Below are positions 1 through 6,914 of a stretch of DNA of 35,258 bases, piece by piece. The translations under genes were made by a program, and so were the position numbers. The notes below the pieces were generated by a model that had not been told where the DNA came from, ran no database searches, and saw nothing but the letters and a program-made list of their open reading frames with translations. This DNA comes from a virus, in the IMG/VR virus record IMGVR_UViG_3300031566_000192, positions 1-35,258 of that record; one strand, 5' to 3'. Every line of letters begins with the position of its first letter. Positions within the stretch are counted from its first letter, which is position 1.

Positions 1-127
1 TACACAAAAGAGATTCCAAAAATCACAATGGAGAGTTGTGTCTTTGCGTTCGAATATATCGAGGCGACAATCAAAGAGACAAATCAATTTTTCCAGGATT
101 ATTTGATCAAATCTCTTTTTCACAAAC
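1..127. repeat. Terminal direct repeat, copy 1 (identical to 35132..35258). It marks circular closure or terminal redundancy.
   Basis: Read base by base. tacacaaaagagattccaaaaatcacaatggagag...ctctttttcacaaac at 1-127 recurs exactly at 35132-35258. Confidence 0.97.
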
Positions 128-354
128 AATCAACTCGAGTGATCGAAACTTTGAAAAGGCACCCAAAAGGATTGACTCAAAAGGAACTTTCCCGTAAACT
201 GGTATCTCAATTCAAATCAAGTGATCTCTATGACAAGAAAACGGGGATCGTCACAAATTTGGTTGAGGCCGGTCGAATCATTGCTTTTCAAAAGAAAACC
301 GAGGGATCGAACAAACCGACAACGAGATTCATTCTCGACCATTCAAAAGACTAG
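1..354 (+). CDS. Primase-helicase, 3-prime portion. It continues 33368..35258 across the circular junction and ends in a winged-helix-like C-terminal tail.
   Basis: The frame of track ORF 28..354 matches the open frame from 33368 after subtracting 35131. Codons 1..27 are also open. The stop is TAG at 352-354. The tail RVIETLKRHPKGLTQKELSRKL...GRIIAF looks like a winged-helix domain. Confidence 0.85.
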   Translation, partial: YTKEIPKITMESCVFAFEYIEATIKETNQFFQDYLIKSLFHKQSTRVIETLKRHPKGLTQKELSRKLVSQFKSSDLYDKKTGIVTNLVEAGRIIAFQKKTEGSNKPTTRFILDHSKD

Positions 355-390
355 GTGAGTCAACAAAATATCAAAAGTTCAATAAAATAC

Positions 391-417
391 AGGGGGGCGT
401 TGACCTCCCTTTTTTTG
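391..417 (+). terminator. Intrinsic terminator after the primase gene
   Basis: Stem GGGGGG (392-397) pairs with CCTCCC (404-409), including one G-T pair. The loop is CGTTGA, followed by a T-run at 410-417. Confidence 0.7.
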
Positions 418-656
418 TATATCTCTCTCAATATATGCCTATATATATATACTTTATAAACTTATATAAAGAGAGTAATGAAATCAAGAGTTTAGGTGCT
501 CAATAAGTGTGAAACACTTATCTCAAACTTTATACACTTGTTCGTGTAATTCTTTCACGCACCGTTTCAATGACGCACCAATAAGTGTATAAAGTGTCAT
601 ATAAGTTTATAAGTTTATTTCACTGTTTTGAAAACAATATATCAAGGAGAGTTTCA
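418..656. promoter_or_regulatory. AT-rich, repeat-dense intergenic region, a candidate replication origin and/or regulatory hub
   Basis: Contains (TA)6 at 440-451 flanked by CTCTC/GAGAG. An 8-bp inverted repeat ATAAGTGT/ACACTTAT lies at 503-510/514-521. A 13-bp inverted repeat ACTTTATACACTT (527-539) / AAGTGTATAAAGT (583-595) is present. ACGCACC occurs twice (557-563, 573-579). ATAAGTTT is tandem at 601-616. The palindrome TGTTTTGAAAACA lies at 624-636. Confidence 0.5.
565..593 (+). promoter_or_regulatory. Sigma70-type promoter candidate, TTTCAA-17-TATAAA
   Basis: TTTCAA at 565-570, a 17-nt spacer, then TATAAA at 588-593. The -10 lies inside the right arm of the 13-bp inverted repeat. Confidence 0.4.
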
Positions 657-800
657 ATGTATTTATACGGAATCAAAATCGGAGAAACCTATCTCTTGAG
701 AACATGCGACTCGGAAAAATTCGAGGCACTACTCAAAGCACTTGAACCGATCAAAGACGCACTCACAATCATCAAGCCAAATTGGGAGGACTTTGAATGA
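657..800 (+). CDS. Hypothetical small protein (47 aa)
   Basis: ATG at 657 follows AAGGAG (644-649) by 7 nt. The track ORF 585..800 starts at a GTG inside the repeat region with no RBS. The stop overlaps the next start (ATGA). Confidence 0.6.
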   Translation: MYLYGIKIGETYLLRTCDSEKFEALLKALEPIKDALTIIKPNWEDFE

Positions 801-1450
801 AATATATCATTTCACAAAAAAGACTCGAGGAGCTTTCCAGGGATTCAAAATGGAACCCTATGTCAATCAAAGATATTCATTTGCCTCACAACTCTTTTTC
901 AATACTCGTGAAAACTCATGTCCCAAATATTCAAAACGAATTGAGCGTTTGCGAAAAAGGTCGAGAGATTCAACTTTCAATCGGAGACACAAAAATTGTG
1001 TTGAGCGACAAATCAAACGAACTCAATCTCGATATTTTCAAAAACGGGAAACTCTTGGAAAACAAAAACTCTCCGGTTGTTCAATCTTGTTTCATGATTT
1101 CCGGCTATACATTCCAATTCATTCAAGCATTGAACTCCAAAGACTTCATTCAAGGAATCGAAACCAGGATGAAAAAGACTCCGGGCGTCAAAGGTAAAAA
1201 AGCATATAGGCCAGTGACTTTCATTCACCTGGAAAAACGAAACTCTCCAAAAGTCTCGGAGAGTCAATCTCAAATCGAATGGGATCACTCGTTCATTGTC
1301 CGAGGTCATTGGAGATATTTCCAGGACGAAACAAAACTCGGAAAGAATCGACAAGACGAATATTCCGAACTTGGTCGAACTTGGATCAAAGAACACAAAC
1401 GACTTGAACATTTGGAGTTCAAAGAAAAAACAAGGATAATCAGAAAATGA
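797..1450 (+). CDS. Hypothetical protein with a basic C-terminal motif WDHSFIVRGHWRYF...GRTWIKEHKR
   Basis: Track ORF of 217 aa, translationally coupled on both sides by ATGA overlaps. I could not assign a family confidently. Confidence 0.75.
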   Translation: MKYIISQKRLEELSRDSKWNPMSIKDIHLPHNSFSILVKTHVPNIQNELSVCEKGREIQLSIGDTKIVLSDKSNELNLDIFKNGKLLENKNSPVVQSCFMISGYTFQFIQALNSKDFIQGIETRMKKTPGVKGKKAYRPVTFIHLEKRNSPKVSESQSQIEWDHSFIVRGHWRYFQDETKLGKNRQDEYSELGRTWIKEHKRLEHLEFKEKTRIIRK

Positions 1451-1749
1451 AAAACACGACGCAACTTGTCAACTTATTACAACAAGCAATCCAACAAAAC
1501 TCGACTCTCATTGGTCAACTTCAAAGCATATTGAAAAACATGCCGGAGAGTCACGAGGTTTCCATTCTCAAGACTCGAGGCATGGACTCAATGCAAATGA
1601 TCGAATCAATTCTCGAACACCCTAAAATCCAACACAACACTTTGAATTTCATTTCCGGACTCCGGGAACACCTCGAGATTCGAGGTCAACTTTCGGAGAG
1701 TCAACGGTTTCACCTGGAAACAACCTTTCAAAATATGTTTGGTGATTAA
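1447..1749 (+). CDS. Hypothetical helical protein (100 aa)
   Basis: Track ORF, with an ATGA overlap to the upstream gene. Confidence 0.75.
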   Translation: MKNTTQLVNLLQQAIQQNSTLIGQLQSILKNMPESHEVSILKTRGMDSMQMIESILEHPKIQHNTLNFISGLREHLEIRGQLSESQRFHLETTFQNMFGD

Positions 1750-1780
1750 AAACCAGGTTCGGCCCGGCCAGGCCAAAAGC

Positions 1781-1809
1781 TTTCAACTCTCCCTTTTGTC
1801 GAGTACAAT
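1781..1809 (+). promoter_or_regulatory. Sigma70-type promoter candidate, TTTCAA-17-TACAAT
   Basis: TTTCAA at 1781-1786, a 17-nt spacer, then TACAAT at 1804-1809. It lies about 33 nt upstream of the TTG start at 1842, which has RBS AAGGGAG. Confidence 0.5.
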
Positions 1810-1841
1810 GAAACCAGTGTTGACTTAAAGGGAGTTTATTT

Positions 1842-2231
1842 TTGGCAAATCCTAATTCTTGTATATTGCGAGAGGAACAAATTTGGAACCGAGTGTTCAT
1901 TGCACACAAGAACGCAATTCGTGTTGTTGTCGATGCCGTGAACGAGCGTGAAGTTGTTCGAATAGCGGTGCAACCCGGTGACGTTGGAAACGAACTTGAA
2001 ATCACGATTCCGAAAGAAGTCGTTGCGTTCACAATGAGAGTGAGAGGAAATTCACGAGCAAAGATTTCGCCCGTTCAAGGCGACATTGCAAACGAAATAT
2101 ATTTTTCCCTTGGGCCTCATTGGGTTTGGAAAGAACAACACCTCGCCGGGAAAGATGATTTCAAACTTTATATTGAAATGGAAAAACAAAGAGACATTGA
2201 AATTTTCCTTTGGAAAGGTGAATTTCAATAA
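1842..2231 (+). CDS. Hypothetical beta-rich protein (129 aa), first gene of a five-gene orphan block
   Basis: TTG start lies 7 nt after AAGGGAG (1828-1834). Track ORF. Confidence 0.65.
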   Translation: MANPNSCILREEQIWNRVFIAHKNAIRVVVDAVNEREVVRIAVQPGDVGNELEITIPKEVVAFTMRVRGNSRAKISPVQGDIANEIYFSLGPHWVWKEQHLAGKDDFKLYIEMEKQRDIEIFLWKGEFQ

Positions 2232-2251
2232 TTTAGACAAGGAGCGTCACA

Positions 2252-2839
2252 ATGAGTCATGAAAGAGAATCGTTTCCAATCCTCGAGGATATCGAAACGG
2301 AAATCGGTGCGGTATTGCACAAAATCAATGAGGGTGATTCGCCCATTGCCGATGATCTGACAACCAAGAAAAACGGAATGATTGGTTTCGCTTTCAAGGA
2401 TTCGGACGGGAATGTTGTGTTGCCACAACTCACACCGGACGGGGCGATCATCATTTCAAACGATCCCGGAACAACAATCCGAGGGCGTGGACAAAACGAC
2501 ACCGGAGACAAAAACACCTCAATGGTTTTGGTTGACCTGACAATCCCGGTTGGTAAAAAGTTCAACAAACTTTCCGCACAAGGTTCGTGTTTTCGTGATA
2601 CCGAGTTCGAAATCATTTTGATTGACGACTCGACGGGTTCTCCGATTGAGACAATCCTTGACGCATTTTTGACAGGGCCAGGACAATTCACAACGAAAAG
2701 CGGTCTTGAGATTGACGAGTTCGAAACGCTCGGTTTCACGGCACCCGTGAAACTTCAATTGAGAGCAATCAACTTGAATCGTGAATCAAAAACAATTGGT
2801 TCAATGTCGGTGAATGAAATTGATATCACGTTGCCATAG
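2252..2839 (+). CDS. Hypothetical beta-rich protein (195 aa)
   Basis: Track ORF. RBS AAGGAG is upstream of ATG 2252. Confidence 0.8.
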   Translation: MSHERESFPILEDIETEIGAVLHKINEGDSPIADDLTTKKNGMIGFAFKDSDGNVVLPQLTPDGAIIISNDPGTTIRGRGQNDTGDKNTSMVLVDLTIPVGKKFNKLSAQGSCFRDTEFEIILIDDSTGSPIETILDAFLTGPGQFTTKSGLEIDEFETLGFTAPVKLQLRAINLNRESKTIGSMSVNEIDITLP

Positions 2840-2847
2840 GAAAATAA

Positions 2848-3231
2848 ATGGGACACAACACAAGTGAATTTGAAATAAAAAATTCGGAGGGTGAAACAAC
2901 AACACTCTCCGGAAATACATCGGGAACGCCTTTCGTGACAATTCCGTTGCCTCCGGCGGCCGACAAAATCATTGAGACGATATTCATTGAGAATCTCGCA
3001 CCTTTGGTTGACGGGACGCAAATTGGTTTTGACACAACAACTCCAGGCCCGAACAAGGATTCCGAAATTCAAGTTTCAATTGACAACGGCACGACATTTC
3101 GAACGATATACGCCGGACAAGGATTCACTTTCGACACAAGAGAAAACAAACAAGTTCTCGTGAGGTCGAACATTGCAAATTGTCCCTTTTTAACAATAAT
3201 CAAATTCGAAAAATTCGACGAGGTGTCATGA
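2848..3231 (+). CDS. Hypothetical beta-rich protein (127 aa)
   Basis: Track ORF. The stop overlaps the next start. Confidence 0.75.
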   Translation: MGHNTSEFEIKNSEGETTTLSGNTSGTPFVTIPLPPAADKIIETIFIENLAPLVDGTQIGFDTTTPGPNKDSEIQVSIDNGTTFRTIYAGQGFTFDTRENKQVLVRSNIANCPFLTIIKFEKFDEVS

Positions 3232-3851
3232 TGAGTTTAGGTGATTGGATCGGAAAATTCATGATGGTCAAACTTTCCGGAAATGACGGAAATCTTTTGG
3301 CCGACGTTGTTCGTGTAAACAAGACAAATCGTTTGCTCGTTGACGCTCAAGTTCAACCCGTTCCGCTTGGACAACTATTCACCGAGAAACTTGAACTCAA
3401 TGGAAACGGTTCAACCGACCTGGCAATCAATCCAGGTGCGACACCGGACGAATTTTTCTTGCCATTTTCAAACGACGATCGAATTGTGACCTCGATCAAT
3501 ATATTTGGGAGAGACAACGGGATTCAATATGGAAATTTTTTGGGAAACAATTCAGAACTCGCAAACGGTTTGATTTTTGAGGTCAAGTCGGAGGATCAAG
3601 TTTTTCAATTCATACCAATAAGATCAACCGACGATTTTCGAAACGTTTTTGCGGTGACGCCGTCCGACTTCATTGTTGACTTTGCGTCCGGAGAGGATGC
3701 GTTCACAGCGTCTTTCATTCCGAGCGTTCCTTTTTACATTCGAAAACAATCCGACTTTGCGTCTCCGGATTATGTCAAACTAATTGTTCGTGACAATATT
3801 TCCGCAATAAATTATTTGGAATCAATATGCAAAGGGGCGTTCGATGTTTGA
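3228..3851 (+). CDS. Hypothetical protein (207 aa)
   Basis: I prefer ATG 3228, which forms an ATGA overlap with the upstream stop and has GAGGTG upstream. The track TTG at 3180 is less convincing. Confidence 0.75.
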   Translation: MMSLGDWIGKFMMVKLSGNDGNLLADVVRVNKTNRLLVDAQVQPVPLGQLFTEKLELNGNGSTDLAINPGATPDEFFLPFSNDDRIVTSINIFGRDNGIQYGNFLGNNSELANGLIFEVKSEDQVFQFIPIRSTDDFRNVFAVTPSDFIVDFASGEDAFTASFIPSVPFYIRKQSDFASPDYVKLIVRDNISAINYLESICKGAFDV

Positions 3852-4320
3852 CAAAAATGCAAATGACGAAATCGTTGTCAAAGAATTTCCGTTCAAATCA
3901 AAATTCACAAAAGACGGGAAACTCTATCGTGAAAAGTTTGGTGCCGTTTTTACACTGAAAGACAAAGACACCGACGGGGGAATCACCATTGTTGAGATTG
4001 AAAACCCGTTTGACATTGCACGAGTAAACAAAGCCGAGTTCAAATGGTTTCCGGAGGGCGTGACCGCCGATTTTTACATTCTCGACAACCTGGCCGGCGA
4101 CTATCAAGCAAGCTTGGGATCACCCAACCCGGTTCCAAACGCACCACTCACAAAACACGGACACGGAGTCGGGATTGCAAAAGACAATGACGAGGACGTT
4201 TCCGAGTATGACGCAAAATTGATCAAAGGAATGAAATTGAGAGTCGTTCTCACAAACACGACAACGACAACAAAAGTTTGTTGTCTCAATGTTGTCTTTC
4301 ACAATGAGGTCATTTCATGA
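3844..4320 (+). CDS. Hypothetical protein (158 aa)
   Basis: Track ORF, overlapping its neighbours at both ends. Confidence 0.75.
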   Translation: MFDKNANDEIVVKEFPFKSKFTKDGKLYREKFGAVFTLKDKDTDGGITIVEIENPFDIARVNKAEFKWFPEGVTADFYILDNLAGDYQASLGSPNPVPNAPLTKHGHGVGIAKDNDEDVSEYDAKLIKGMKLRVVLTNTTTTTKVCCLNVVFHNEVIS

Positions 4321-4802
4321 TTGTTCAAGAATTATTTTCAAAGAGAGAGGGTGACTTTTTCTCATGGTTGATTCGATTTGCAACAAAACCACTTGCAAAG
4401 AAAACACCATTCAAAAACATACCGAGTCACAATTGTATTCGAAAAGGCCATTTCGTATATGAGTCAACATTCTTTTCGGGCGTTCGAATCGTTCCTTTTG
4501 AGTCCTGGAAAAAGATCAACACAATCGTCGGAGTCAATCAAAAGTCAATTCCGATTTCGGATTCACAATTCGAAAAGGTTTTTGTTGATATTTGGGGGAA
4601 AAAATATGATTGGAAAGGGATTCTTTATTTTGGTTTTTCTCTTGTGCGTTTTCGATTGTTCGGGAAACCGATCCCAAAGGTCAACAAATGGAACGACAAA
4701 AACAAATATTTTTGTTCCGAGGCAAGCGGAAAACTATTCGGAATCGACTATCAAATGACGGCACCCGTTCAAATTCTCGAGCTTGGTTGTCCGGACAATT
4801 GA
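4317..4802 (+). CDS. Permuted papain-like amidase/peptidase (YaeF/YiiX, C92-type)
   Basis: His-before-Cys order: ...IPSHNCIRKGHFVYESTFFSGV... then ...KKYDWKGILYFG...NKYFCSEASGKLFG. This fits the permuted NlpC/P60-like pattern as I remember it. The assignment is by eye only. Confidence 0.55.
   Translation: MIVQELFSKREGDFFSWLIRFATKPLAKKTPFKNIPSHNCIRKGHFVYESTFFSGVRIVPFESWKKINTIVGVNQKSIPISDSQFEKVFVDIWGKKYDWKGILYFGFSLVRFRLFGKPIPKVNKWNDKNKYFCSEASGKLFGIDYQMTAPVQILELGCPDN
4787..4801. promoter_or_regulatory. TTGTCCGGACAATTG motif (perfect 12-bp palindrome TTGTCCGGACAA plus 3 nt), a candidate regulator binding site
   Basis: The exact reverse complement CAATTGTCCGGACAA occurs at 24636-24650. The palindrome centre lies 41.5 nt upstream of the terS ATG. 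Confidence 0.55.
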
Positions 4803-4827
4803 TTTGCTCAATCTTTGGTGATATCCT
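4799..4827 (+). promoter_or_regulatory. Promoter candidate TTGATT-17-TATCCT with an extended -10 (TGa)
   Basis: TTGATT at 4799-4804, a 17-nt spacer ending in TGA, then TATCCT at 4822-4827. The terS ATG at 4834 is the 7th nt after the -10, and there is no SD. Confidence 0.45.
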
Positions 4828-4833
4828 TTTCGG

Positions 4834-5418
4834 ATGAAAGGAAAAAAACTCACAGTCAAGCAAGAAAACTTTATTCGGGAATATCTCGTTGACCTTAACG
4901 CAACACAAGCGGCGATTCGTGCCGGGTATTCCGCAAAGACCGCAAATGTCATTGGCCCGGAAAACCTTGCGAAACCTTGCATTGCGGAACGCATCAAACA
5001 AGCAATTGACGCACGACAAGAGAAAACCGAAATCACCGCCGAGAGAGTATTGCAAGAACTCGCAAACATTGCCTTTTCGAACGTTGAGGACTTCTTTGAG
5101 TCGGTGTCATACTCCGATGAGGAGGACGAGGAACTTGCGGGCCAGGGGCGAAAATATCATCAATTGAAATCGGACTTTTTAAAATCACCCAGGATTGCGG
5201 CCGTTCAATCAATCGAACCCGGTGCATATGGTGCAAAATTAAAGATGGCCGACAAGATGAAAGCACTCGAAATGATCTCAAGGCATTTGGGAATTTTCAA
5301 CGCCGACACTTCACAAAAACCGGAGAACAACAACGTCATTGATCTCTCGGGAATATCGTCGGAAAAACTCCGACAACTTCAAAAGGTTTGGAACGACAAT
5401 GACGATTCCGAGCAATGA
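4834..5418 (+). CDS. terS: Terminase small subunit (Terminase_2 / P27-type)
   Basis: The N-terminus LTVKQENFIREYLVDLNATQAAIRAGYSAKTANVIGPENL is the classic small-terminase HTH signature. The gene sits directly upstream of terL. Confidence 0.88.
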   Translation: MKGKKLTVKQENFIREYLVDLNATQAAIRAGYSAKTANVIGPENLAKPCIAERIKQAIDARQEKTEITAERVLQELANIAFSNVEDFFESVSYSDEEDEELAGQGRKYHQLKSDFLKSPRIAAVQSIEPGAYGAKLKMADKMKALEMISRHLGIFNADTSQKPENNNVIDLSGISSEKLRQLQKVWNDNDDSEQ

Positions 5419-6910
5419 TCAAATCAAAATCGAGCTGGCCAAAAGGCATTTGCTCGATTTCACACGACACACGAAAAAGAATTACAAAGTAAACTGGCAC
5501 CACGAACAATTGTGCGAGAAACTCGAGGCATTTGCCAGGGGCGAAATTCCCCGACTCATGGTTTTCATGCCACCGAGACATGGAAAGTCCGAACTCGGTT
5601 CAAGGCGATTGCCGGCCTATATACTCGGACAAAACCCGAACGCCGAAATCATTGCGTGTTCGTACTCGGCCGACCTGGCAACCAAGATGAATCGTGACGT
5701 GCAAAGAATCATCGACTCTCCGGAATACCGAGAGATTTTCCCGGACACTCAACTCAACACAAAGAACGTTGTTTCAAGTGCAAAGGGATCATATATTCGA
5801 AACGCAACCGAGTTTGAAGTCGTTGGACATTCCGGAGGATATCGTTGTGCCGGAACCGGAGGGGCCGTCACGGGAACCGGGGGAACTCATTTGATTGTTG
5901 ACGATCCGATCAAGAACATGGAGGACGCAAACTCCGAAACAATCCGTCAAAAGGTTTGGGATTGGTACACGTCAACACTATACACGAGACTTGAATCAAC
6001 CATTGAGGAAAACGGGAAAGAGTCCGAGGACGAGGGTTCGATCCTGGTCATTCTCACACGATGGCACGAGGACGATCTTGCCGGTCGATTGCTCGCCCTG
6101 GCCCAATCCGATCCGGGGGCCGATCAATGGGAAATCCTTGAATTGCCGGCAATCAAAGAAAACACAACAAACCCGGACGATCCAAGGAAAGTCGGCGAGG
6201 CCTTATGGCCTGGAAAATATCCGATCAAGAGATTGAACAAAATCAAAGCGTCCGTCGGTTCAAAGGTTTGGTCAAGTTTGTTCCAACAACAACCGACTCC
6301 GGGCGAGGGTGCGATCTTCTTGAGACAATGGTTGCAAAATTTTTATTTTACATTACCGGAAACCAGGTGCGACTTGAAACTCATTTCGTGCGACCTCACA
6401 TTCAAAGACACAAAGACCGCCGATTTCGTTGTCATGAGTGTGTATGCGAAATATGGTTCCCAGGTGTTTTTGATCGACAAAATAAAAAAGAGAATGGACT
6501 TCACAACAACCTTGACCGAGTTCAAGGCACTCGTTGAAAAGCACTCGGACGCAACGATCAAACTCGTTGAGGAAAAAGCAAACGGGGCGGCCTTGATCTC
6601 AATGCTTTCAAAGTCAATCCCTGGAATTGTTCCGGTGATTCCAAAAGAATCAAAGACCGCACGAGCACACGCCGTCACGCCTTTTTACGAGGCCGGGAAT
6701 GTTTTCTATCCTCATGAATCAATTGCACCTTGGATTGGTGATCATATTGTCGAAATGTCGGCGTTCCCTTTTGGACGCAATGACGACTCGGTTGACGCCG
6801 AAACTCAAGCAATCTCGAGATTCATGATCGGCCAGGCCGACGCATGGACAACCGAGGACGGCGAGGAGTACAATGAAAATGAAACACTAATTGAACAAAT
6901 GGAATGGTGA
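5399..6910 (+). CDS. terL: Terminase large subunit
   Basis: Walker A-like MPPRHGKSE and Walker B-like HLIVDDP, with a C-terminal nuclease-like acidic region. ATG 5399 is preferred over the track TTG 5339, which would overlap terS by 80 nt. Confidence 0.9.
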   Translation: MTIPSNDQIKIELAKRHLLDFTRHTKKNYKVNWHHEQLCEKLEAFARGEIPRLMVFMPPRHGKSELGSRRLPAYILGQNPNAEIIACSYSADLATKMNRDVQRIIDSPEYREIFPDTQLNTKNVVSSAKGSYIRNATEFEVVGHSGGYRCAGTGGAVTGTGGTHLIVDDPIKNMEDANSETIRQKVWDWYTSTLYTRLESTIEENGKESEDEGSILVILTRWHEDDLAGRLLALAQSDPGADQWEILELPAIKENTTNPDDPRKVGEALWPGKYPIKRLNKIKASVGSKVWSSLFQQQPTPGEGAIFLRQWLQNFYFTLPETRCDLKLISCDLTFKDTKTADFVVMSVYAKYGSQVFLIDKIKKRMDFTTTLTEFKALVEKHSDATIKLVEEKANGAALISMLSKSIPGIVPVIPKESKTARAHAVTPFYEAGNVFYPHESIAPWIGDHIVEMSAFPFGRNDDSVDAETQAISRFMIGQADAWTTEDGEEYNENETLIEQMEW

Positions 6911-6914
6911 GAAT

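Noticed and set aside
742-1197. 151-aa plus-strand ORF overlapping 797..1450 in another frame
   Set aside because: Arg/Ser-rich low-complexity translation with no RBS. The overlapping frame is translationally coupled to its neighbours and looks like a real protein.
1761-1774. GC-rich GGCCCGGCCAGGCC after the 1447..1749 gene as a terminator
   Set aside because: Only a 4-bp GGCC/GGCC stem is possible and no T-run follows. It is better explained as a copy of the GGCCWGGCC motif.
2257-2739. 160-aa minus-strand ORF, with similar antisense ORFs at 13723..14205 and 10298..10624
   Set aside because: Ser/Pro/Thr-rich antisense translations of well-supported plus-strand genes.
4482-4490. GTTCGAATC, a tRNA T-arm-like string
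   Set aside because: It lies inside the peptidase CDS, and no acceptor or anticodon stems can be drawn around it. I found no tRNA anywhere in the window.
5339-5398. Track start (TTG 5339) for terL
   Set aside because: It would overlap terS by 80 nt. ATG 5399 gives a normal terminase N-terminus with only a 20-nt overlap.
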